This document shows, one piece after another, positions 8,046 to 16,997 of a stretch of DNA of 64,000 nucleotides. The position numbers and the translations under genes are program-made. The DNA is taken from positions 1,964 to 65,963 of the IMG/VR virus record IMGVR_UViG_2902767014_000002. One strand, given 5' to 3'. This stretch comes from a virus. Its lineage: Duplodnaviria; Caudoviricetes. Below the pieces are notes generated by a model, which did not search any database, was not told the origin of the DNA, and saw only the letters and a program-made list of their open reading frames with translations. Position 1 is the first letter of the stretch, and the number at the start of each line of letters is the position of its first letter.

Positions 8046-8947
8046 TCCTGTGCCCCCTGTTCCGCTGCCATCTGGCGTTGAAAATCGGCTTTGAGTTCGG
8101 CGTCATCGGAACCGTGTTGACGCTCTGCCGTTTGCGCTGTCTGAGCCTTGAGAACTGGTCCACGCGCCTCAACTGCCGCCTTGAACGAGTTCGACGCGGA
8201 CACGTCCTTGGCGGCGTTGATCTCACGGACACCCTCTTTCCATACCTTCGCGAGTTCGTCGGCAGTCTTGGCGGCGTTTGCTGCCGTTACCCACTTCAGG
8301 GCAAGCGCACTCAACACCGGCTCACCCGGCTCATCGTGAGCTCGCAACTCTTCCGGCACATCTTCGATGTCCTGCGTGAAGATGTCCGACGCGCCAGTCA
8401 CATTCAGAGTCATGGCGATCTTCGCGCGCTTGCATGCCATTTTCAGGATGGTGTTCGCCTGATCGGCCGACTCGGTGCGGATCTGCTGTTGCTTCTCGAC
8501 CTTGTTTTGCCACTTGGAGAATTTCAGGCGACGCAGGTTTTCCGGCGTCACTTCGAATTCCTCTGCGCAGATCGCGCGTCGCCACTTGTACTTTTCCTCG
8601 TGTGATGAACATTCGCCGAGCCCTTCGCCCAGCACGACACCGGTCACTTGGTGAACTCCGATGCAACGAACCCGGTAGCGGGCCATGCCGTCGACCGTCA
8701 GGTCTTCTATCTCGTACTTGTCGGCGATCCGGAAAGTGACGCATAGTACCTCCGCGCCCGGCTTGTACAGCGACGGCTTCTTAGTGCCTGGGATGACGCC
8801 GTAGTGCGTGTCGCTCTTCATGATCGAGCGCATTACCTCCTGCACCAAATTCACGCGCTGTCGGATCTCGACGGCGGAAAACTGATGCACCTCGCTCGAT
8901 ACGATGCCGGCCGTCTCTCGTCGCGGCATTTCGATTATTTCGTTCAC
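8042..8947 (-). CDS. Putative single-strand annealing/recombination protein
   Basis: Coupled to the YqaJ gene; HYGVIPG.KKPSLYKPGAE motif; function inferred from position. Confidence 0.55.
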   Translation of the reverse strand: MNEIIEMPRRETAGIVSSEVHQFSAVEIRQRVNLVQEVMRSIMKSDTHYGVIPGTKKPSLYKPGAEVLCVTFRIADKYEIEDLTVDGMARYRVRCIGVHQVTGVVLGEGLGECSSHEEKYKWRRAICAEEFEVTPENLRRLKFSKWQNKVEKQQQIRTESADQANTILKMACKRAKIAMTLNVTGASDIFTQDIEDVPEELRAHDEPGEPVLSALALKWVTAANAAKTADELAKVWKEGVREINAAKDVSASNSFKAAVEARGPVLKAQTAQTAERQHGSDDAELKADFQRQMAAEQGAQE

Positions 8948-10131
8948 GCTGCCTTCTCCAATTTATTGATCAGCGCCGCTACGTTGAACTTGGCGAGCCA
9001 GCCCAGTGCAACATCAGCGTCGACGTCGAACTGCGTCGCCACAGTGACCAGAATTTGATCGTCGCCCGGGCCATGCTTCTCGAATTCCACGCGTTCACGG
9101 CGCTGCTGCTCGGCAATCGCCGCGTCCTGTTCGGCGCGGATTCGTTCGGCTTCGGCACGTGCCGCCGCTTCCTCGGCTTCCCGCTTGCGCCGCTCTTCCT
9201 CTGCAACACGCGCAGCCTCGGCTGCAATCGCTGCCTGCTTCTCACGTTCGACCCGGGCGGCTTCGTCGGCCTGACGTTGGCGCTCGGCGTCGATTGCTGC
9301 CTGCTGACGGGCGATCTCGGCGCGCTGCTCGGCCAACTTCGCTTCCTCCACCTCGCGCTGCCGGCGCAACTCTGCTTCGTGGGCTTCGCGTTCGGCCCGC
9401 AGACGTGCTTCCTCTGCCTGACGTGCTTCGCGGGCTTTACGCTCTTCCTCAGCCCGCGCTGCCGCAGCGATGCGCTCCCGCTCGGCTGCTTCGGCGCGTT
9501 CGCGTTCGAGCTGGGCACGTTCCGCAGCGATGCGCGTCTGCTCGACTTCATGTGCCTGCTGACAGGCCAGCATTTCGCCGAGCTTGGCGATAACTACGGC
9601 CTTAACAATCTCCGCTTCCCCCGCGAATTCCTGGTGGCTTTCCAGCGTGATCTGCACGACCTCCAGACTGTCAATCGCCGCCGCGATCGTCTCGGCCGAC
9701 TTGCCGACCAGCAGTGACGGAATTGCTTGCATGTCGGTGATGCGCTGACGGATAGCATCAACGCGCGCTTTCTCGGCGGCGGCCTTCGCTGCTTTCTCGC
9801 GTTCGCGCTCGGCGTCCCATTCATCCCGCAGCGTGCGCAGCCGCCCTTCTTCCGGCTCGATCAGCGCAACCAGCCGCTTTTCTTCTTCGATAACAGCCTT
9901 CGAAAACTTCGTGGCATCGTCGCGGGCTTCCTTGCCTGCTTTCGTGATCGCGATGCGTCGGTTTGCCAGTTCCATCATGGCGCCGTGCGTCTGCTCGCGA
10001 CCTGCCGGGTTGCGGATCTCGGTAATGTCCGAGTACTTCTTCGCCAGCGCGATCAATTCCTGTTCGTGCCGGGCTGATTCCAGCGCGACAGCTGCACGCT
10101 GCGGCACCGTCAATTCTTTGCTCTCGCTCAT
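8944..10131 (-). CDS. Long coiled-coil phage protein (recombination module)
   Basis: E/A/R-rich heptads; ATGA overlap at 10128-10131. Confidence 0.75.
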   Translation of the reverse strand: MSESKELTVPQRAAVALESARHEQELIALAKKYSDITEIRNPAGREQTHGAMMELANRRIAITKAGKEARDDATKFSKAVIEEEKRLVALIEPEEGRLRTLRDEWDAEREREKAAKAAAEKARVDAIRQRITDMQAIPSLLVGKSAETIAAAIDSLEVVQITLESHQEFAGEAEIVKAVVIAKLGEMLACQQAHEVEQTRIAAERAQLERERAEAAERERIAAAARAEEERKAREARQAEEARLRAEREAHEAELRRQREVEEAKLAEQRAEIARQQAAIDAERQRQADEAARVEREKQAAIAAEAARVAEEERRKREAEEAAARAEAERIRAEQDAAIAEQQRRERVEFEKHGPGDDQILVTVATQFDVDADVALGWLAKFNVAALINKLEKAA

Positions 10132-10322
10132 GCTGCTTTCCTCTGTTGTTCTTTCCATGCCTCAAACCTCGCCTCATACACTTCGAAATACCCGGCGAAC
10201 GTTTTGCGCAACTTTGTTCGGTTGATCGAATCGGCCATCAGATAGCAATGAGCGAGCGCTTTAATGAATGAGCCGCCCTCCACTTCCATGACATGCAGGG
10301 CGTTGTCGTAGTGCTGTGTCAT
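10128..10322 (-). CDS. Hypothetical protein
   Basis: Overlap-coupled short ORF. Confidence 0.6.
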   Translation of the reverse strand: MTQHYDNALHVMEVEGGSFIKALAHCYLMADSINRTKLRKTFAGYFEVYEARFEAWKEQQRKAA

Positions 10323-10510
10323 GCCGCCCCCGCCCGAATCGCCACCGCGATCCACCAGACGCAGCCGATCGCGATACCGCAGCCGATCGCCCAAACCCAT
10401 TCCTTCGCACAGCTTCGGCGCTCGACGTGCAACTTCGCGTAAGGTCCGAATGCATCATTGATCGATCGCGATGTGCGGTACTGAAAATTCCGAATGTCTC
10501 TTGAGAACAT
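10319..10510 (-). CDS. Small membrane protein
   Basis: C-terminal hydrophobic segment. Confidence 0.55.
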   Translation of the reverse strand: MFSRDIRNFQYRTSRSINDAFGPYAKLHVERRSCAKEWVWAIGCGIAIGCVWWIAVAIRAGAA

Positions 10511-10512
10511 GG

Positions 10513-10701
10513 TCAGGCTCCCATCAACTGTTTAATCACCAGTGCCGCGAAAGTCACAACCATGCCGATAGCCGAACCGGCGAAGATTGCGGTATGGATG
10601 CCGGTGGTGCGGTTCATGCGCTGCTCGGTGGCGAGGCGATCCCGGCCAATGTCGGAGATCAGCGTCGTGCAGCCGTCGTGGACTTCGTGGATGGTGCTCA
10701 T
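10513..10701 (-). CDS. Small membrane protein
   Basis: C-terminal TM segment; ATGA overlap. Confidence 0.5.
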   Translation of the reverse strand: MSTIHEVHDGCTTLISDIGRDRLATEQRMNRTTGIHTAIFAGSAIGMVVTFAALVIKQLMGA

Positions 10702-10994
10702 ATCTGGCTGCCTGTAACTTTTGCGATTGCGCTCAACGCCGACTGGTACTGGCTCAAATGAGCCGGATCCCATCCGTTTGTCGTACAAGTTGTGATCCAT
10801 ATATCAACCATGCCTTGGAGCGCTTCGAGCAGCTCGGGCGCGGCGGAGATCAGGCGGGAATTGGCTTCGCTTATCCCAGGAAAGTCGTCGCTGAAAGTCA
10901 CGTCACAAACTGGATATCCGTTCGGACCGCGTACGATGAACTTGTCCGGGCTGCCGACATGCCAAGGCGCTGTCGTATGCTTGATCTTGCTCAT
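10698..10994 (-). CDS. Conserved phage protein (HT.GPW...ANARLIAAAPELLEAL family)
   Basis: HTTAPW and ANSRLISAAPELLEAL motifs. Confidence 0.75.
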   Translation of the reverse strand: MSKIKHTTAPWHVGSPDKFIVRGPNGYPVCDVTFSDDFPGISEANSRLISAAPELLEALQGMVDIWITTCTTNGWDPAHLSQYQSALSAIAKVTGSQI

Positions 10995-11185
10995 CACCAT
11001 GTCCCCCACTGCCGATTAGTGCGCGGATAATCGACACGCTCGAAGTGCTTGTCCGAAGCGATCTCCGCCAATTCCTTTTCCGTGATCGGCGGTTCCGGAT
11101 CGAGATGCGCGTCCAGAAGGTTGTCCTGCCGATACTCCGCCTCTCGCTGGGCTTGCTTAAACTTCCGCAGGCTTCGGTAGCTCAT
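10994..11185 (-). CDS. Hypothetical protein
   Basis: TGATG coupling with the downstream gene. Confidence 0.55.
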   Translation of the reverse strand: MSYRSLRKFKQAQREAEYRQDNLLDAHLDPEPPITEKELAEIASDKHFERVDYPRTNRQWGTW

Positions 11186-11269
11186 GATGGTCTCTATATG
11201 TAGGACTGCTATTCATTAAGACGTGCACCCTGGCGACTGGCTACGGCTCGCGATGCCACGCGTCAGGGG

Positions 11270-11290
11270 GCCGGTCTTTCCCGGCTGTCA
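11270..11290 (-). promoter_or_regulatory. TGACAGCCGG-GAAAGA-CCGGC hairpin (copy 1)
   Basis: Intergenic hairpin with a GAAAGA loop; related copies at 13484 and 30755. Confidence 0.5.
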
Positions 11291-11472
11291 TCGGCGCTTG
11301 CATCCGATTCACTCGTTCACCCATGAGCTTTCGCTGGGTCCGTCTCTCCGGATGTCGCACCACTCCTTTCGCCCACTACAGGCCCGGCAGGTGTCGCGTT
11401 GAGTTCTCGGCCCGAATCCCACGGACCTCGGCAATCTAGAGAATGAAACAGCCGCCGTGGCTTGATCCTGAA

Positions 11473-11736
11473 TCAGTCGAGTTGGTCAACTACAACCGTC
11501 CCACTCACGCGAACAAGTTTTCCGGTTGCTGCGTCCATGAAGTACCAGCCGTCGCTGTGGCTTTCGGTCTGAACCTTGCCATTCGAGCGCCATTGCTTGA
11601 TCACTGAGCCGTTGGCCGCATAGAGTGTGATTTCGAATTTCGCGCCAAACCCGCCTATCTGCGCCTTGTCCGCATCCGTACAACCCTGCAGGGCCGACGC
11701 GGCGATCAACGATGCGATGAGAATTGATTTCTTCAT
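11473..11736 (-). CDS. Small lipoprotein
   Basis: MKKSILIASLIAASALQGC lipobox signal. Confidence 0.75.
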   Translation of the reverse strand: MKKSILIASLIAASALQGCTDADKAQIGGFGAKFEITLYAANGSVIKQWRSNGKVQTESHSDGWYFMDAATGKLVRVSGTVVVDQLD

Positions 11737-11750
11737 GTGTACCTCTGTAG

Positions 11751-11879
11751 TCAGTCGGTCGGCAACAGCTCGCGACGGAAGCGGAGCCACGCCGCCTCAT
11801 CCTTTGCCCGATCCGCCGCCATCTGCTCGTCAACCCATGCGAGCGAGAATTCGAGCCATTGTTCGGTTTCTTCGCTCAT
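11751..11879 (-). CDS. Hypothetical small protein
   Basis: Short ORF with plausible RBS. Confidence 0.4.
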   Translation of the reverse strand: MSEETEQWLEFSLAWVDEQMAADRAKDEAAWLRFRRELLPTD

Positions 11880-12150
11880 GTCGGCCTCACCAGAATTTAG
11901 CGACGAAATGCGAGAGCACAAAAATTCCGAAGCCGATCCCGCCCAGCATAAATAACGTGAGCAAGATGGCAGTAAGTTCAACTGACGTAAATCCGCGCTG
12001 CTTCTTCACGCTCCCACCTCCACCCTTGTTGATCCATTCCGCCGCGCATCGCGTCGTTCATCGGCGCCGCGAATAAATGCCATCGCCAGCAACGACAAAG
12101 CGGCGTAGCCGATGATCCCGGCCCAGACATATTGGATGTCGATGTTCATT

Positions 12151-12489
12151 TCATTCCTCGATTTCGATCGGAACAGCGACGGCAAGAGCGCCGATCAAAC
12201 TCCTGAATTGGGCTTCATGAAGCGTGTCATGCCACACTGCGCGATAGCCGCCAGCAATTATTGTGGCGTGCTCTGGATACAGGTTTACGTACACCGTCCG
12301 CTTCTTCGGCGCCATTCGGAGCCAATCGCTAAGGTCCCCCGAGTAGCGAAGCATCCCTAGGCTGACGTGATCGACAATCACCGCGTCTGCCCAGCCGAGG
12401 CCGACGAACTTCACGTTGTTCCATTCACCATCAATGCGCGCCTGGATGGGTTCGCCGCGCTTTGCAGCGTCAAGGTCAAACGGCTTCAT
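12151..12489 (-). CDS. Hypothetical phage protein (KPFDLDAAKRGEP family)
   Basis: GGAG RBS; typical N-terminal motif. Confidence 0.6.
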   Translation of the reverse strand: MKPFDLDAAKRGEPIQARIDGEWNNVKFVGLGWADAVIVDHVSLGMLRYSGDLSDWLRMAPKKRTVYVNLYPEHATIIAGGYRAVWHDTLHEAQFRSLIGALAVAVPIEIEE

Positions 12490-12663
12490 CTTTTCTCCTA
12501 GCACCACGCGATCTGGCCGTAGTCCACCGACTGAACCAGCCGCGAATTGGAATAGACGTCGAAATGCCTGGCAAACGTCAGGAAGTAGTTGGATATTCTC
12601 GGCGCGTAGGACCGAAACCCGAATTCGCTGTAGAACATGATTCACTCCTATCCTGGGTGGCGG

Positions 12664-13305
12664 TCAGGCAGCATCCTTTTCTTCGAATTGCACTTCGACC
12701 CAAAATCCGGTCATCAGATTGGCGGGTTTAGTCTTCGCGATAACTCGCCCATAGACAGACCATTTGGGTAGGCGCAAACGAAGTGCAGCGAAAACGCCAT
12801 AATTCTCGCCAGCCTCGATGCCCCGGCCAGCCTCGATGCCCTCGCCAGCCTCGATGCCCCCGCCAGCCTCGATGCCCCCGCCAGCCTCGATGCCCCCGCC
12901 AGCCTCGATGCCCCCGCCAGCCTCGATGCCCCCGCCAGCCTCGATGCCCCGGCCAGCCTCGATGCCCCCGCCAGCCTCGATGCCCCCGCCAGCCTCGATG
13001 CCCCCGCCAGCCTCGATGCCCCCGCCAGCCCGCAACGAAAATTCGATGGTGATCGAGCCAGAAACGCGGATCGATCCGGCAAACACGAAGTGCCTCTTCT
13101 CCAGCCTCTCCACGTCGAGAACGTCATCGGTTTTCCCGAATGCGTTCAGCAGCCAGTACGCGTCATCGAATCGATCGTCATCGCATAGTGCGTCGAGAAT
13201 TTCCTGATACTCTCCGCCTTCTGGAAAATTTCTCAAATACCATTCATAGCCCTCCGCACACGGATGCTTTTCTTTCAGAAATTCCTTCGTGATTTTCATA
13301 TTCAC
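12664..13305 (-). CDS. Hexapeptide (AGGGIE)x12 repeat protein, predicted beta-helix
   Basis: Translation; repeat tract in frame. Confidence 0.75.
   Translation of the reverse strand: MNMKITKEFLKEKHPCAEGYEWYLRNFPEGGEYQEILDALCDDDRFDDAYWLLNAFGKTDDVLDVERLEKRHFVFAGSIRVSGSITIEFSLRAGGGIEAGGGIEAGGGIEAGGGIEAGRGIEAGGGIEAGGGIEAGGGIEAGGGIEAGGGIEAGEGIEAGRGIEAGENYGVFAALRLRLPKWSVYGRVIAKTKPANLMTGFWVEVQFEEKDAA
12809..13030. repeat. 18-bp tandem repeat CCAGCCTCGATGCCCCCG, about 12.3 copies
   Basis: Read directly from the sequence. Confidence 0.97.
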
Positions 13306-13483
13306 CTCTGTAGGAATACTAAGTTATGAAGAATCACCTAACCGCTACCAGCTCATCGAACCGGCAACGGCAAGGGGACTCGAAACAGTGTTCAGGCGTG
13401 AAAGCTGGCCGGTGGTACTCGCCCCACTTAGCCGATCCATTTCGATGATCGGCGCCAACCTCCACACCTCAAAACTGCTGAGG

Positions 13484-13502
13484 GCCGTCTTTCCGGCTGT
13501 CA
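13484..13502 (-). promoter_or_regulatory. TGACAGCCG-GAAAGA-CGGC hairpin (copy 2)
   Basis: Same motif as 11270 and 30755. Confidence 0.5.
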
Positions 13503-13845
13503 TTTTGGCGACCAGCTTCCCGCCAGACGCCTGCCGCTACGTGCACTCACTGGCAGTAGCGCGCCGACTTAGATCGTGATCTCGCTCAGAAAGGATCGGC
13601 AACTTCGCATATCAATCTCCTTGAGTTGATGCCGGGTCGTTCATGGCCAGCCCGGATTCGCCAACAAAGCCGGATCACGCCGGTACGTACTGCAAAAACT
13701 TCAGTGCTTCGTGAATGACGCTGCGGCCAAGGCGCTCCCGCGACCTCTTCGCCAGTAATAACGGGTTCCGTCCCGCCAACCAACTCGGCGCTTCACAGTG
13801 CTATGACTCCACGCCGCACAACGCCATTCACGAAAAACTGCTAGG

Positions 13846-13941
13846 CGGGAACGGTACGATTCGAACGTACGGGGTCTTGGGGACTTGCCCCTCACCACCT
13901 GAACTCAATCAGGCTGCTTTAAACCACTCAGCCACATTCCC
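13846..13941 (-). tRNA. Class II tRNA-Ser-like gene with an atypical anticodon loop and a CCT end
   Basis: GGGAATG/CGTTCCC acceptor, GCT-GAGTGGTTTAA-AGC D-arm, GTACG-TTCGAAT-CGTAC T-arm, G discriminator, long variable arm. Confidence 0.75.
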
Positions 13942-14157
13942 AAAAACTGCTCACGTGGGGCTCCGGTCTGTCTCCCTTCCCCGCACGCCTTCCGCAACAG
14001 CCACCCGAATCCTGTTCCGATGACTGCTGCGGGCGCTCCGCTTTTTACTCGAGCGGTTGCTTTGTTCCGAGCCCCGAAGGGAATGGTTGCGATACTCTGC
14101 TTTCTCGCGTCCACCATGAGGACAACGGCTCGACAGATATCTCCGGTCACCCCGGCC

Positions 14158-14706
14158 TTACGTGTCGTGCGCTATGGATCGAGGACGTTTGTTTAAGGCT
14201 TGCTCAGCGTACGTTGCCCATTTGCAATTCCCGGGACAATAGTCGCCGTCGTTGTCGATTCGCTCAATCGTGAGTTTCTCGTGTTCTGGATAACCCATAT
14301 CTGCTATGAAGTTATCCAGTGACTCCATCCATCGGTCGCACACCTTGATTCCGCGGCCACCGTAGTGCTCGTAGCCGATCGCTTGCGGGTCGTTGCATCT
14401 GCGGATCATCATCACATACCGGTTCCGCAATTTGACTCGCGCCTTCCGTTCTTCCGGTGAGGCTATTGGCCCGTGCTTTACGGTGCCTCGGCCAATGCAT
14501 CCACACGATCGAGACATACCGGAGAGCGTGTTACCGACCTGTTTCACCGTTTTATTCCCGCATGCGCAGAGAAATTCGCCGCTCGGGTTCCTCTTGTCTC
14601 TTTCCGGGTCTACCTGCACGAACCCGATGAATTCCACTAGGTGCGTCCCTTCAACCTGCTTCAATCGCGCATTAACATTCGCGACGCTCAAGCGTGTCTT
14701 AAACAT
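14158..14706 (-). CDS. HNH endonuclease (YGGRGI...IERIDNDGDYCPGNCKWAT family)
   Basis: Family motifs in the translation. Confidence 0.85.
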   Translation of the reverse strand: MFKTRLSVANVNARLKQVEGTHLVEFIGFVQVDPERDKRNPSGEFLCACGNKTVKQVGNTLSGMSRSCGCIGRGTVKHGPIASPEERKARVKLRNRYVMMIRRCNDPQAIGYEHYGGRGIKVCDRWMESLDNFIADMGYPEHEKLTIERIDNDGDYCPGNCKWATYAEQALNKRPRSIAHDT

Positions 14707-14823
14707 TCGGTCCTCAATTTGTTAAAGAACATTTGCCCCACCAGGCGACGCCATGCGCCTGTGGTCCTCTACTGCGGTGCTATTCGCACTGAGAAGCGAT
14801 CTGGCGCTTCTCGCTACGAACAG

Positions 14824-14973
14824 TTACTTCTTGATATTTGCCTTCCAATACCGCGCTATAGAGATAGCGTCAGGCCCTGCGATGCTCTTTCGGCAGTGAA
14901 GCTTCTGGTCTGCCGAGAGCGCTTTAAACCACTTCATGGCGGCTTTCACTTCTTCCATCGTCACATCCAACAT
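14824..14973 (-). CDS. Hypothetical small protein
   Basis: GGAG RBS before ATG 14973. Confidence 0.45.
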   Translation of the reverse strand: MLDVTMEEVKAAMKWFKALSADQKLHCRKSIAGPDAISIARYWKANIKK

Positions 14974-15040
14974 TTCAGACTCCTTTTTCACGGTCTCGTC
15001 AGTGAGCGCTTTACGCTCAGACCGCCGGAGCGGTTTCGAC

Positions 15041-15244
15041 CTATTGGGCTGTTTCGAGATTAGCGATGGACTTATGCAGTGCGTAGCCTTTGCGGAAAGC
15101 ATCGAACAACGCATTGACGTGACCGTCCTGATACACAATGCCCTTGAGCCACAAGTCTTTCGGCTCTTTGTCCAAGCGACATCCCTTGAACGCGCGATCG
15201 AAGTTCGCGATTAGCTCGTAATGCTCTTGGCTCTTGAGTTGCAT
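15041..15244 (-). CDS. Hypothetical protein, first gene of the leftward operon
   Basis: GAGG RBS; lies just downstream of the oL-like site. Confidence 0.7.
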   Translation of the reverse strand: MQLKSQEHYELIANFDRAFKGCRLDKEPKDLWLKGIVYQDGHVNALFDAFRKGYALHKSIANLETAQ

Positions 15245-15309
15245 CTCTCATCCCCTCGGTTCGTGCTGCGTTGGTAGTGCTGCGGTGTGCTGCTTGCTTG
15301 AGGTGAATT

Positions 15310-15348
15310 ATTGCAAATGTACTTAGTCGATTCAAGTACATTTGCAAT
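15310..15348. promoter_or_regulatory. oL-like operator: perfect 15-bp inverted repeat ATTGCAAATGTACTT-N9-AAGTACATTTGCAAT
   Basis: Read directly; shares the TRCA-NN-TGYA core with the cI-cro intergenic region. Confidence 0.7.
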
Positions 15349-15401
15349 TTAATTTGTAACAGCGATCTGCGCGCTCGAGACGTCGCGACGAGCGCAGACG
15401 C

Positions 15402-15424
15402 AAAAAAGCCCGCTCGGGCGGGCT
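15402..15424 (-). terminator. Intrinsic terminator downstream of the LysR gene
   Basis: GCCCGC/GCGGGC stem with T6 on the minus strand. Confidence 0.8.
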
Positions 15425-15500
15425 AGTTGTGTTGCTGTGCTTAAGTGGGCCGGGCGGCCATTACGCGTGGACGGATAGCTGTTGTGGTAACAGCCTTGGC

Positions 15501-16445
15501 CTAAAGAAGCAAATCAACGGCCTGCATTAGACGCCTGGTCTCGCTGGAGCCTTTCTCGACAGTCTCATGAATCGCGTCGACCAGACAATCGATGAAGAAC
15601 GATGCTGCCACACCGAGCGGATGTCCCGCGCGCGTGACAATGCCGATCTCCTGCTCATCGATCTGCTCGCGAACCGATATGGCACACAGATTTTTATGCT
15701 TTGCTTCGATTTCGATAAGCGGCCACGGGAAAATGCTAAGCATATTACTTCGCTGCAGCATATAAACGACGACCGAAATCGAATGGACGTAGTGTATTGC
15801 CTTTGGCATGGGCAAATTATTACGCACAAAAATGGGCAACTGGCCCTGCACATCCGGATCGGTGCATAAAAGAAAATCGAAATCACATAGATCTGCAAGC
15901 GAGCGGCCGTCCGCTCCCGGGTGCCCAAGGCGGGCGACGATCCCGTAGCCACAAAGGCAGACCGGGCGAAAACTGATTTCCGAGCCAGCGATATTCGGGG
16001 CACGCCGGCCAATGATAAAACTGATTGTCCCGTCGCGTAGACGCGGATTAACGATCGCGGGATGCCCCTCGAAAATCTGAAAATGAATATCGGGGTATTT
16101 CGCTTGAAACCGTACGATTGCCTGCGGGAGAAATGCCTGGGCGACCCACGGCGTTACACCGAACGATAGCCACCCGCTCGCCGTGCCGCGCATCGCATCC
16201 ACATCCTCCTGAGCATGCTTCAATTGCGCGATGACTATCCGGGCGTGCGGCAACAGGGTGCGCGCGGCCTCGGTCAGCATTGCGCCACGGGACGTGCGCT
16301 GAATCAGGCACAGCTCCGTCTCAGCCTCGAATTGACGAATGCTCGCTCCGATCGACGCAACCGTCAGATCAAGTGATCTAGCAGCTCCACGCATGCTGCC
16401 TTCATCGGCAACGGCTACGAGCGCGCGCAGGTGATGCAGTTTCAT
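15501..16445 (-). CDS. LysR-family transcriptional regulator (moron)
   Basis: MKLHHLRALVAVADEGS..AA HTH; 314 aa with an effector domain. Confidence 0.9.
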   Translation of the reverse strand: MKLHHLRALVAVADEGSMRGAARSLDLTVASIGASIRQFEAETELCLIQRTSRGAMLTEAARTLLPHARIVIAQLKHAQEDVDAMRGTASGWLSFGVTPWVAQAFLPQAIVRFQAKYPDIHFQIFEGHPAIVNPRLRDGTISFIIGRRAPNIAGSEISFRPVCLCGYGIVARLGHPGADGRSLADLCDFDFLLCTDPDVQGQLPIFVRNNLPMPKAIHYVHSISVVVYMLQRSNMLSIFPWPLIEIEAKHKNLCAISVREQIDEQEIGIVTRAGHPLGVAASFFIDCLVDAIHETVEKGSSETRRLMQAVDLLL

Positions 16446-16461
16446 GCGGCCTTTCCGTCAG

Positions 16462-16478
16462 TGACAACTCTCGTGTCA
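16462..16478. promoter_or_regulatory. Inverted repeat TGACA-N7-TGTCA upstream of lysR, possible autoregulatory site
   Basis: Palindrome 16 bp upstream of the start codon. Confidence 0.45.
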
Positions 16479-16737
16479 GGTACTGCCTGCTGGCGTCAGG
16501 CGCCACCTGACCTTCTCAGCAACTTCGCGCCAGAGTAATGTTTGACCTGCCGGCCCTCATACAAATCTGCGTCGAAGTTCGGGGAAGAATGACACTTATG
16601 CTAATTGCATTGTACTTCGTAGGGTTGAATTGAGAATCCCGGTCAATCGAGAATGTGGCCAAAGGGGCGTAAATGTCGGTCATTGCTACATGTAGGCCGA
16701 TGCGTGAGCGACAAAAAAGAATTTGCGGGGACCATAA

Positions 16738-16944
16738 GTGAATACGTCTTATCAGACCAATACGAACGACACGACCAACGTCATCAACTTTCAGGATCAA
16801 TGCAGACGCCGGGATGCCTCGAAGGGAGGTGCAATAGTCAAAGTTTGCAATGAACAGAAGTCACAGCGGGCCATGCTGGAAGAACTTGCCGATCTTGTGT
16901 ACAGGCAGGCGATACTACTCGAGATCCTGACGCGTATCGGATAG
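16738..16944 (+). CDS. Possible small protein divergent from lysR
   Basis: 68-aa ORF only. Confidence 0.3.
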   Translation: MNTSYQTNTNDTTNVINFQDQCRRRDASKGGAIVKVCNEQKSQRAMLEELADLVYRQAILLEILTRIG

Positions 16945-16972
16945 AGGACTGGTGGCGTGTCGTATTGAAATG

Positions 16973-16997
16973 AAAAAGCCCCGCTGGGGGCGGGGCT
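16973..16997 (-). terminator. Intrinsic terminator of the cI-proximal operon
   Basis: GCCCCGC stem with T5 on the minus strand. Confidence 0.75.

Noticed and set aside
8979-9717. Alternative-frame ORFs over the coiled-coil gene
   Set aside because: A by-product of repetitive E/A/R codons; unlike the methyltransferase beta frame, they have no RBS or family motif.
12809-13030. Possible CRISPR array
   Set aside because: The units are contiguous 18-mers with no spacers, lie in frame within a CDS, and no cas genes are present.
13846-13941. tRNA-Sec
   Set aside because: No TCA anticodon; the acceptor stem is 7 bp and the D-arm is canonical.
16604-16617. Extra CI operator ATTGCATTGTACTT
   Set aside because: One base shorter than the oL/oR core spacing; may be chance in an AT-rich patch.
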